Assembly (NCBI GenBank): GCA_009377445.1 | Contig: WHUA01000001.1 | Coordinates: 776,759 to 840,758, forward strand | DNA length: 64,000 bases | Reading direction: 5' to 3' | From: Alphaproteobacteria bacterium | Lineage (GTDB): Bacteria; Pseudomonadota; Alphaproteobacteria; UBA8366 | Shown: positions 46,740 to 55,450 of the stretch, piece by piece | How the letters are laid out: each line of letters begins with the position of its first letter | Numbering within the stretch: position 1 is the stretch's first letter | Notes under the pieces: model-generated | Seen by the model: only the letters and a program-made list of their open reading frames with translations | Databases searched by the model: none | What the model was told of the DNA's origin: nothing | Program-made: the position numbers and the translations under genes

Positions 46740-48479
46740 TCAATCGATCCCGAGCAGGGTGCGCTGTTCTTCCCAGGCGCCGGGGAGCCGAACTTCGTTC
46801 GCAAGGCGCTTGGCTGTCAACTCGACCGGATGCCGATCGCGCAGGACCGCCGTGACGATGTCGGGCGCGAGGAAACCCAGCCGGAGGATGCGGGAGAAGT
46901 AGGACCCGCCGACGCCGGCTTCGGCGGCGAGATCTGCCATCGTCCTCCCGCCGTTGTGCATCACCATGGCATGATACCGGTGGGCGTGGACGAGAACCCG
47001 GCATAGGCTGTGGTCGGGCTTACGGCGCGCGCCGCTGCCCACGCCGTCGATCAACAGCCTGGTTTCCATGCCGGTCCGCTTGAGCCGGGCCGGCACCATC
47101 AAGGTGACGCTGGGCGAATCGGCCTCGGCTGGTTGTGTGCGATGCCGCCACTCGTTCCCATCCCGGAGGACCGCGGGCAGCCGGCTTGGCAGAATGCGGA
47201 TTTCCAGCGTTTCGCGTAGGACGTCGATGCGCTCGACAAGGGTCGAGATGACAGCACGTCGGTCCCGCGGCGTGAGGCTGGGCCAGCGGTCCGCGAGGTC
47301 GGCGGCGCGGGCGAAAAGCTCCGTGCATTCATTCACGTCCGTTATCTGGGACTCTATCGCGCCGAATACCTCCGCCTCGCTCGCCAGGAACTGGCGCAGG
47401 CGATTCTCGACGAGGACTTCGAGATCGCCCGCGGGGACGCGGCGCCCGCGCGGCGCATCGGACCGCCGACCCCGGACGAGCCCGCGAGAGACATAGTACC
47501 GGTAGCGGGTGCCCTTCTTGTTGGCATGGCTCGGGATCATCCGGGCGCCGGCATCGTCGTGGATCAGTCCGGCGAGGAGGCTTGGCTGCGCCGCTCCGAC
47601 GCCGGTTGCCCGGTCGATCCGATTGTCCGTGAGCTTCCGCTGCACCTCGTCCCACAGGGTCTCGTCGATAATGGCGTCATGGTCGCCGGGGTAGCTGTTT
47701 TCCTTGTGCACGATCTTGCCGCGGTAAATGCGGTTCTGCAGCATCAGATAGAGCGCCCCGCGGGCCAGCGGCTTGCCGCCCGTCCTGCGACCGTATTTGT
47801 CGATGCGCAGTTTGCTCACGATACCGTCGCGGTCGAGTTCGTCCTTCAACGCCCAGACCGAGCCGAGCACGGCATAGCGCCGGTAGACGCGGCGGACCGT
47901 CTCGGCTTCGCGATGATTGACCACCAGCTTGCGGTCCCTCACGTCGTAGCCGAGCGGCGGCAGGCCCCCCATCCACATACCCTTCTTCTTGGAGGCGGCG
48001 ATCTTGTCGCGGATGCGCTCGCCCGTGACCTCGCGCTCGAATTGGGCGAAGCTGAGCAGCATGTTGAGGGTCAACCGGCCCATCGAGGTCGTGGTGTTGA
48101 ACTGCTGCGTGACCGAGACGAACGAGACGCCGTGGACGTCGAACACCTCGACGATCTTGGCGAAGTCGCCGAGCGAGCGGGTCAGGCGGTCGACCTTATA
48201 GACCACGACCGTGTCGATCCGGCCCGCCTCGATGTCGGCGAGGAGTCGCGTCAGAGCCGGTCGCTCCATGGTCGCGCCCGATATGCCGCCATCGTCGTAC
48301 ATCTCGGGCAGGCAGCTCCAACCTTCATGCTTCTGGCTGAGGATATAGGCCTCGCAGGCATCACGTTGAGCATCGAGCGAGTTGTAGTCTTGCTCGAGCC
48401 CCTCCTCATGAGACTTGCGGGTATAGATCGCACAACGGATCCGGGCGGATCGGGCTGCGGCCTTGGTGGCCTTACGCAT
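46740..48479 (-). CDS. Large serine recombinase (resolvase + recombinase domains)
   Basis: CAIYTRKS catalytic Ser, SLDAQR, YDDGGISG, VYKVDRLTRS, FAQFERE..GERIRDK. Confidence 0.93.
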   Translation of the reverse strand: MRKATKAAARSARIRCAIYTRKSHEEGLEQDYNSLDAQRDACEAYILSQKHEGWSCLPEMYDDGGISGATMERPALTRLLADIEAGRIDTVVVYKVDRLTRSLGDFAKIVEVFDVHGVSFVSVTQQFNTTTSMGRLTLNMLLSFAQFEREVTGERIRDKIAASKKKGMWMGGLPPLGYDVRDRKLVVNHREAETVRRVYRRYAVLGSVWALKDELDRDGIVSKLRIDKYGRRTGGKPLARGALYLMLQNRIYRGKIVHKENSYPGDHDAIIDETLWDEVQRKLTDNRIDRATGVGAAQPSLLAGLIHDDAGARMIPSHANKKGTRYRYYVSRGLVRGRRSDAPRGRRVPAGDLEVLVENRLRQFLASEAEVFGAIESQITDVNECTELFARAADLADRWPSLTPRDRRAVISTLVERIDVLRETLEIRILPSRLPAVLRDGNEWRHRTQPAEADSPSVTLMVPARLKRTGMETRLLIDGVGSGARRKPDHSLCRVLVHAHRYHAMVMHNGGRTMADLAAEAGVGGSYFSRILRLGFLAPDIVTAVLRDRHPVELTAKRLANEVRLPGAWEEQRTLLGID

Positions 48480-48981
48480 CGTCGGACTCCGCGTTCTCGG
48501 CGGGGCTCTTCGTTCTTTCCGTCATCCCAAAGAAGCGCGGGCCCGACCAATGAACGCCGGTGATCTCGCGGGCAATGACCGATAGCGAGCGCCAGAGCCT
48601 GCCCTTCCATTCGAAGCCGTCTTCGCGGACGACCACGATGTGGCTCTCGCTGCGCCATTCACGCACCAGCCGGGCGCCCGGCTTGAGCCGGGCGACCCGG
48701 TTCCGGGTCACGTCACCGTTCCGTTCCAGAGTCTTCGCCAGACCGGCGAGCCTATGCTTCGTGGCCACACTGTGGCCTCCATAAGCCTGCTCCTGGATCT
48801 TCCAGGCGACGCCGAGCTTGAGCAGCTCGCGCGCCACGCGCATCGGCGGCTGGGCGCGATAGAGCCGCCGCCACTCGCGGCGCAGGTCGGTGTAGTCCAT
48901 CTGCTCAAGGGCCTGGAGCCTGGCTGAAACGGTATCCGGCGTGCCGTCAATGGCGCCGCCGTTTGTGTCTGCTGTGGTCAT
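48472..48981 (-). CDS. DUF2924 family protein
   Basis: LRREWRRLY..PP, AWKIQEQAYGG, LKPGARLVREWR, SLSVIAREITG..WSGPRFFG; overlaps the recombinase start. Confidence 0.88.
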   Translation of the reverse strand: MTTADTNGGAIDGTPDTVSARLQALEQMDYTDLRREWRRLYRAQPPMRVARELLKLGVAWKIQEQAYGGHSVATKHRLAGLAKTLERNGDVTRNRVARLKPGARLVREWRSESHIVVVREDGFEWKGRLWRSLSVIAREITGVHWSGPRFFGMTERTKSPAENAESDDA

Positions 48982-49212
48982 CGGCCTTCCTTCGTTTCCG
49001 GCCGCGTCCGATACGCGGCCTCCCACCGCCCGAAGCCCCGGACGGCGCGCCGTCGGGGCCGGGCGAAGGGCGAAGGTCTTATTCTTGGCCCGGGATAGTA
49101 CCGCTCTGTTGCGCGCGGAAGTCCAGTGGAAAGACCACCGAAAAGGGGGGTCTCCCGACCAAGGCTGTGCTAAAAAACGCGTAAATCCAAGGACTTACAA
49201 GAGGCATACCGT

Positions 49213-49425
49213 GGGTTCGAATCCCGCGCGCTCCGCCACATATAAGTATATGATATATAAGGGTTTTTTGGAATTCGGGGTCTGGCCGAATAGGCCTGAC
49301 ATTTCCGCCCTTTAGGGGCCCGTGTAAGCCTGCAGTCGACCGGCAGAGACGGAATTGTCAGCGAATATCCTGCCGCGGTGCCCAAGTGTCTCTGCGTGGC
49401 AGTTTTTCAGTACCTCTTCGCGCGT
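49213..49425 (+). repeat. Junction 2: tRNA-3'-like att site plus about 190 bp conserved left-end sequence
   Basis: GGGTTCGAATCCC..CTCCGCCA then sequence aligning without gaps to 52314-52525 (TTTCCGCCCTTTAGGGGCC.GTGTAAGCC, GTCGACCGGCAGAGACGGA, GTTTTTCAGTACCTCTT). Confidence 0.9.
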
Positions 49426-50021
49426 GAATACCGGCCATTTTTCAGCACCTCTTCGAATGCGAGAAGCCTTACAGTGGTTGTGCTGCCATTGGCTCAGGCA
49501 CCATAGCGACGGGCGTAAGTCTCCCACGGCTAAACGCAGGCTAGTTCGAAAAATAGCTCTTGAACGGTCCGGGATCGAGCAAGCGCCAATACAGCGCGTA
49601 GGTCCGTAGCGTTATCTCATCTCGTCCCGCAGGCACCGGACTCTGTTCGGATCTGTTTGAAATCTCTTTTCGGCCGATCGATTTAATCCACTTCCGACGG
49701 GCGACCACCAAAAGAAATCATTGCCTCGAACAGCCAGCCCCAAGCCTCCTTCAAAGGCGGAAGCGATACTGGCCTGGCAAACTCACCGCAATAAACGTCA
49801 TCCGGGCGCTCATTTGGTATACCCAGCTCCCGGCAAACTCGGTTTTCATTCCGAAGCTGGCGCTGAGCTCACGCCCGTTGTCGGAGCGGATGCGGCAGGC
49901 CCGACCGTGATAGGCAACCCGATGGAAGGAACGTTGCCCGCGGCCCGTCCCGCGCCTAGACTGACCGTTACTAGGCGCAAGGACGGGAGCGAGGGTCAGC
50001 AGGGGAGACGGTGCGGCTCCG

Positions 50022-50618
50022 ATGCAGGAAATCCTCAGCGGCGTATACATATGGTCGCGGTCTTCCGAGCCGCATGGCTACGACTTCAATGGCTATCTCG
50101 TCGTCCAACCCGAGGGCAATCTCTGTGTCGATCCGGTGGCGCCCGATGCGGCGACGTTGGAGGATCTGGTGCGTCTGGGGGTCGCCCGCATCGTGCTTAC
50201 CAACCGCAACCACGGCCGCGCGGCAAATGAAATCCGCTCGCTGACTGGCGCCCCGGTCGCGATTCACCCGGACGACGCCGCCCACGCCCGCGATCAGGCA
50301 GTTAAGCTCGACGCCGCGCTCGACTTCGGCGACAGGATTGGTGCCTTTGAGGTCGTCGATGCGTCGGGCAAATCTCCGGGCGAGGTGGCGCTCTACTGGC
50401 CGGAACGGCGCATGCTGGTGGTCGGCGATGCCATAATTGGCACGCCGCCCGGTCGCTGCTCGCTCTTGCCGGATTCGAAGATGGACGACCCGGCGCGTCT
50501 TCGGGCGAGCGTTCGTCGCCTCCTGGTGCTCGATTTCGAGACACTGCTGGTCGGTGACGGCGTGCCGATTCTCAAGGATGCGAAGGCACGTATCGAGGCA
50601 CTCGTCGCAACTTTCTGA
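50022..50618 (+). CDS. MBL-fold hydrolase with degenerate metal-binding motif
   Basis: NGYLV, LCVDP, LTNRNHGR in place of THxHxDH, GKSPGE in place of GHTPG, VVGDAI. Confidence 0.8.
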   Translation: MQEILSGVYIWSRSSEPHGYDFNGYLVVQPEGNLCVDPVAPDAATLEDLVRLGVARIVLTNRNHGRAANEIRSLTGAPVAIHPDDAAHARDQAVKLDAALDFGDRIGAFEVVDASGKSPGEVALYWPERRMLVVGDAIIGTPPGRCSLLPDSKMDDPARLRASVRRLLVLDFETLLVGDGVPILKDAKARIEALVATF

Positions 50619-50814
50619 CCGCAATCGACCATGTAATCGAGATTGATCCGCGGTCCTACGATCTCCGAGCCGTCGCGCCGGGGTTCAGTCGATCCGGCGA
50701 CCGACAGGCGTGGCCGCGTTCGGAGCGCGGGGCACTAAATTTAGAACCATGTGGGCTTCGGCCGCCTCGCCCGAGGCATGGGCTTGACCACGGGTATCTG
50801 TTAGGATCGTGCAC

Positions 50815-51606
50815 ATGGCTGACGCCAGCCGGCCGCGCTCACCATTCGCGGGAAACATTGATTTTCCCGCTCATTCCCGTCTGCGATCGATTGCGCCCGA
50901 GAAGCTCGCGCAGGTTCTTGAGGATCATGAACTCTATGTGGAATCCGAGCAACGATCGGGCAGACGGGCGAATCTCGACTCGACCGATCTGGCAGGAAAC
51001 GGCTTCACGGGTAGGAAGCTTTGGCATATCCGACTGCAGCGGGCGAACCTGACGGGAGCCGACTTCACCGACGCCGATCTACGGCGCGCCATCTTGATCG
51101 GGGCGTCGATGCGGGCTGGGCGCCTCACCGCGGCCGACCTTACTCATGGACGGCTCAGCGGGATCAATTTGACCGATGCTGACGGCAGAGGTGCCTGCTT
51201 GGCGAAGGTTGACATTGAGTTTGGCATTTTGGCGAACGCGGATTTCCGCGACGCGGATTTCCACGATGCCGATATGAGCGGTGTCATTCTCGATGGCGCA
51301 GACCTGAGCGGCGCGGATCTGCGCCGTGCAAACCTGCGCGGTGCATCGTTCCAAGAAACCCGCCTATGTAGGGCGGACCTTCGGGACGCCCAAATGGGTG
51401 CCGCAATGTTTAAACGGGCGTCGCTCAAAGACGCCGATCTCCGAGGTGCATATTTGCGTGTCGCCACGTTCGACGACACCGATCTGTCAGGGGCCGATCT
51501 CCGCGGCGCGCGATGGCTGACCATGGAGCAGATCAGGTGCACAATCCGCAATGGCGACACGCGCTTGCCAGATTACCTCATTGCGGAGCCAGGTGATGGC
51601 CATTGA
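50815..51606 (+). CDS. Pentapeptide-repeat protein (long)
   Basis: More than 30 A(D/N)LxX pentapeptides; N-cap VLEDHELY..GRRANL, C-cap ARWLTMEQI..TRLPDYL. Confidence 0.92.
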   Translation: MADASRPRSPFAGNIDFPAHSRLRSIAPEKLAQVLEDHELYVESEQRSGRRANLDSTDLAGNGFTGRKLWHIRLQRANLTGADFTDADLRRAILIGASMRAGRLTAADLTHGRLSGINLTDADGRGACLAKVDIEFGILANADFRDADFHDADMSGVILDGADLSGADLRRANLRGASFQETRLCRADLRDAQMGAAMFKRASLKDADLRGAYLRVATFDDTDLSGADLRGARWLTMEQIRCTIRNGDTRLPDYLIAEPGDGH

Positions 51607-51976
51607 CGATCTGGTCGCGTTATTGAAGCAAGGGCCCCAGGCATGGAACCCTTGGCGGGCAAGGTCTCCGGAAGCGCCGGTCGACCTTTCGCACGGTGCG
51701 CTTCGTGGCCTTGCCCTCGAAGGCGTCGATCTTTCCGGCGCTGATCTCACGGGCGCCGACCTCCGCGGCGCCAATCTCAGGAACGCCAGCCTCGTGGGTG
51801 CCCGCCTCGGGCGTGCCAATCTTTTCAAGGCTGATCTTGCGGGCGCCGACCTTAATGGGGCTGATGCCCGCGGGGCACTGTTTCTTCAGTGCCCGCAACT
51901 CGAGTCGGCGCGCAATTGGCAATCAGCCTACCGCGACAATGACCTGGCATGCGGCGCGCCAATACCCGGCTGTTAG
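51596..51976 (+). CDS. Pentapeptide-repeat protein (short)
   Basis: LLKQGPQAWNPWR N-cap, ADLSG/ADLRG/ANLRN repeats; overlaps the upstream stop. Confidence 0.88.
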   Translation: MAIDDLVALLKQGPQAWNPWRARSPEAPVDLSHGALRGLALEGVDLSGADLTGADLRGANLRNASLVGARLGRANLFKADLAGADLNGADARGALFLQCPQLESARNWQSAYRDNDLACGAPIPGC

Positions 51977-52313
51977 GATTGTGCGGCATCAGTTGGAACG
52001 ACGTGAAGATGCGGCCAAGGTCCGCAGTCAGAGCGCCGGGGTATCCCCTGATTTTCGCGTGAGTCTGTTAGATGGCCCATCTGTCTCTCAAGCACCCGAG
52101 AACCGTTTTGACGTCATGGGCCACGATCCTGCGATGGCTCGTTCGCTTGGAATTGAAACTGTATCTCTGCGCCGATGAAATGAACGGTCTTGTCGGGTCC
52201 GGTCTCTTCGATGAACGCGCCCGGATAAAATTGTGAATACGAGATCATTGAGAACGCCGATTATACCAGAATTATCAATGCGTTAGAACTGTCTAGCATC
52301 GTTGGATACTGAT

Positions 52314-52525
52314 GGTTCGAATCCTGTTCGCTCCGCCACACACAAGTCTCTGATATTGAATGTATTTTCGTCGTCCGAGGTGCGCCCGAATAGCGCCGAC
52401 TTTTCCGCCCTTTAGGGGCCGGTGTAAGCCGGTAGTCGACCGGCAGAGACGGAGTTGTCAGGGGATATCTTGCCGCGGCGCCTGAATGTCTCTACGAGCG
52501 AGTTTTTCAGTACCTCTTTGCGCGC
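52314..52525 (+). repeat. Junction 3: tRNA-3'-like att site plus conserved left-end sequence
   Basis: GGTTCGAATCC..CTCCGCCA; downstream sequence is in exact register with junction 2. Confidence 0.9.
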
Positions 52526-52719
52526 GATGAAGCGTGGTGACGGCGTTTCCATCGAAAGCAAGGACCAGAATGCCGACCATAAAGGTTGTCCCATAAACAG
52601 ACTGTATCGGCCCCTCGCTGCCGGACCGTTAGCAACCCGCAGCCTGTGCTTGTGCCCCGCTGCAAAACCACCGCTCGGTCCTATGCGCGGGAAGGGAACA
52701 TTTGGGATTGCCAATGTCC

Positions 52720-53187
52720 CTAAGCTCGACTGTCAATGAGCGTGGAGAGGCGTTCGACGAACTCCAGCAGACCAGCGCCATCGATCGATGCCGACCAATT
52801 GTCGGGTGCCTTTTCATTTGGACGGTCCCAGAAGGTAACTTCGACTCCGGCGAGCGATCGATTGTCCGACGAGAAGCAGACGCGGCGATGCGAAAGGGCG
52901 TTGCGTAGGTGAGACAGATGTTTGTCTAGGGATTCAGATTCACCGACATGAAAGGCCCATGCAGGCCAACCGTCTTCGACCAGATCGTCCAGTGACAAGG
53001 TCTTGAAATCAAGAAACCCGACCCGCCTGAAGTGTCCGTAGGGGAAGACGATCAGGCCGAGCAGCGAACATGTGAGCTGGGTGACGATGTGGATGTCCTC
53101 GTCATTCTCACGGGCAACGATCATAAAATCGAGATTCTTGCGCACACGGCGCGCGAATCCCTCGATTGTGTTGCGGTCAATTTCCAT
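52720..53187 (-). CDS. HEPN-family nuclease candidate (pEK499_p136-like)
   Basis: VTQLTCSLLGLIVFP and HLRNALSH (RxxxxH); RBS GAAGG upstream of ATG. Confidence 0.72.
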   Translation of the reverse strand: MEIDRNTIEGFARRVRKNLDFMIVARENDEDIHIVTQLTCSLLGLIVFPYGHFRRVGFLDFKTLSLDDLVEDGWPAWAFHVGESESLDKHLSHLRNALSHRRVCFSSDNRSLAGVEVTFWDRPNEKAPDNWSASIDGAGLLEFVERLSTLIDSRA

Positions 53188-53326
53188 AGCACGCCCTTCA
53201 GCAGTTCTCGTGCTCCGCCAAATGCCTAACAGGAAAAGCGACAGACGGATTTGTCGCCCGGATGGCCGATGTCTTGGTTTCTGTGATCGTGACAAAGGTG
53301 CCCTTGCTGAAGAACTGCATCGGGCT

Positions 53327-53600
53327 CTAGGCCGGCTTCTTACGCGTTCGCAGCTGCGACAACTTGAGTCGCTTTCCCGTCTTCTTTCCTGCCGCTCGAT
53401 TTCCCGCCCGCTTCCAAGTGGTGCTGTCGATTAGGCGTGAGTGCCTGATGTCCAGATTGGCGCAGCCGGGTAGGTCGAGGAGTGTAGCGATTACGCTGTC
53501 GGCCACGGACATCGGAAGCCACGGGTTTATGTAGATGCGGTCGATCCACTCCACAGGGCAGTCGACCTCGTATGCACCCCGCTGGTCCTTCGAAGAAGGT
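53327..53600 (-). pseudogene. 3' remnant of an unknown gene (DUF2971-like C-terminus?)
   Basis: Start-less protein-like segment GAYEVDCPVEWIDRIYINPWLP..SRLID cut off just below the ParB operon. Confidence 0.3.
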
Positions 53601-53630
53601 AGGTCGGGTCCGGGTCCCCATCGGCGATTG

Positions 53631-54554
53631 TCATTCCGCCGCAGTCGTCACCGGCACGAGGCTCTCGATTTCCGCGACCGACTGGAACTCGGTCAGATAT
53701 TCTTGGCGATGCCGTGACAGCCAGCGCACGACCTGCGCATTGCCGAGGAGCTTGCGGATATAACCTTTGGCGACCGTCAGGTGCAGGTTATCGATACCGT
53801 AGGTCTCCTCGACTGATTTCACCTGCGATTGGAGGCTTGCGAGCTCCCGCTCCAAGCGTGCGATCTGTTCTGCGGTGACAGCTCGTTCTCCGCGCAGCTT
53901 CTTCTTCCGGGGATCGACAAGCTGCGCTTCGGGCGTCGCAGCCAGGATCGCCTTGGCGAACGTGGCGGTGTAATTGTTCTGCCCTCTCATCAGCTCGACC
54001 GCTTCCAGTTGGCGCATTGGCGCCATGCACCTGAGGACGTCGAGTGTAGCCGCTGGGCAGGGTGTATCCTTCAACGCCTCGGTCGCGTCGGGCCAGATAC
54101 CGTCGAGCATGCGTGTGCGTTTCCTGATCGTCTGCGCGTCAAGCCCCAAGGCCTCTGCGATCCTCTTTTCTGACACGCCGCGATCGATGGCGCGCAGAAT
54201 CATCCGATGTTCCTGGATGGGCGGGAGCCGGTTAATCCGTTTGTTATAAGTGTAAGTCTCGTCGTCGGTGGCAATGAGACATTCGACCTCGCTGATCCCG
54301 AGGTCCTTGAGCGCCTCGATCCTCAGATGACCATCGAGCAGGAAATATCGGCCCCGATGCTTGCGGTCGGGCGCCACAACCGGCGCTTCCACAAGTCCCA
54401 CGGCGCGCACCGAGGTAAGAATCTGTGCGTATTTCCCGCTCTCCTTGGTGCCGGGACGCATGATTTTGAGCGGCAGCAGCTGCGCAATGGGAACGATCAC
54501 GCTTTCGCGTTCGAAGCCGAATCTCACACCATGGCCCGTTTTATCTCCTATCAT
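53631..54554 (-). CDS. ParB/Srx-fold protein with HTH (RepB C-terminal-like)
   Basis: SVRAVGLVEAPVV, LLDGHLRIEAL (GxxRxxA), YTYNKRINRL, HTH IAEALGL. Confidence 0.85.
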   Translation of the reverse strand: MIGDKTGHGVRFGFERESVIVPIAQLLPLKIMRPGTKESGKYAQILTSVRAVGLVEAPVVAPDRKHRGRYFLLDGHLRIEALKDLGISEVECLIATDDETYTYNKRINRLPPIQEHRMILRAIDRGVSEKRIAEALGLDAQTIRKRTRMLDGIWPDATEALKDTPCPAATLDVLRCMAPMRQLEAVELMRGQNNYTATFAKAILAATPEAQLVDPRKKKLRGERAVTAEQIARLERELASLQSQVKSVEETYGIDNLHLTVAKGYIRKLLGNAQVVRWLSRHRQEYLTEFQSVAEIESLVPVTTAAE

Positions 54555-55450
54555 TTCCGGGCCTCCCCAGCGATGCGGTCAGCGAGTGCCTGCGGCATCG
54601 TGGCGAGCCCCTAGGCGCGGAGGAGGGTGGTGAAGCCCTCGGCAGCCAGGAGGTCCTTCATCGCCTCGACGATGAAGAGGAGCCGCGCCTGCGTAAAATC
54701 TGCCTTGCGTGCCAGCAGCCGCTGTCGGTCCGTCTCGCGCTTATAGACGCGCAAGAGGTCGTCCGCAGTAAGGCGCTTCGTATGCGAACGCCGGCCTAGT
54801 CCCTTGTCCGTGACTCCCTTCCTTGTTCTGAGGCGCAAGTCGAGAAGTCGGCGCACGGCGGCTAACTTCTTGCCCCGAATTTTGCCGCTTTCGTAGGCTT
54901 CCAACAGGATCGTCTGCGCCTCCTCACTCTCAGCCTGGGCAATCTCAGTCGCCATTGCGATCGGGATCAGACCCGCCTCGACGGCCGCGACCAGCCTATC
55001 CTCGCCGCGCTCGAGAAGCGTAACGACGTGGTTTACCCAGCTTCGCGAGCATCCGATTTTTGCGGCGATCTCGGCATCATTGTAGCCACGCTTGGCGAGA
55101 TTGCCGATCTCCGCCATGAGATCGATCGGTCGGTGCGGTCGCCGCGCAATGTTTTCGACGAGGCTCATCACCAGGCATTCCGGTTCCGCCAGCTCGATGA
55201 CGACGGCCGGGATTTCCGTCTCTCCCAACATGCGGAAAGCTTCGATCCGCCCTTCACCGCAGACGAGATCGTAGCGTACGGCACCCCCTGCCTTTCGGCG
55301 ACTTACGGTGATGGGACGCTTGAGGCCGACGGACGCGATGTTGTCCACGAGTTCGCGATGTCTCCGCCGATTACGGGCGCGTGGGTTGAGGGTATGAATC
55401 GCATCGACGTGGACCATCTCGATGGTCTGAGCGTGCGAGGGGATAGTCAT
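54551..55450 (-). pseudogene. ParB/RepB-like protein interrupted by in-frame TAG at 54611-54613, 20 codons before the likely natural stop
   Basis: NIASVGLKRPITV, LVCGEGRIEAF; frame continues GLATMPQALADRIAGEARK to TGA at 54551-54553, which forms an ATGA overlap with the next gene. Confidence 0.75.

Larger units (their letters stand above)
46313..49238. mobile_element. Unit 1: large serine recombinase + DUF2924-like integrative element (2926 bp)
   Basis: Bounded by tRNA 3' end and a tRNA-3'-like copy at 49213-49238; encodes its own recombinase. Confidence 0.75.
49239..52338. mobile_element. Unit 2: non-autonomous cassette (3100 bp) between two att-like junctions
   Basis: No recombinase; three same-strand cargo genes; flanked by junctions 2 and 3. 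Confidence 0.65.

Noticed and set aside
49181-49238. Possible second tRNA gene
   Set aside because: Only a T-arm and 3' acceptor-like strand are present; no 5' acceptor, D-arm or anticodon arm. Treated as an att-like site
49460-49900. ORFs in the unit 2 left intergenic region (49721-50230, 49751-50050 and a start-less minus-strand frame)
   Set aside because: No recognisable family or RBS; may be decayed coding DNA but cannot be supported
52290-52338. Possible third tRNA gene
   Set aside because: Same as above: 3' fragment only
53212-53220. GCTCCGCCA as a fifth junction
   Set aside because: Lacks GGTTCG at -24, TGATA at +13 and CCGAATAG at +48; probably chance, though a very degraded site cannot be excluded
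54611-54613. Pyrrolysine recoding of the amber codon
   Set aside because: No pyl genes or tRNA-Pyl in the window; a GAG-to-TAG mutation is simpler
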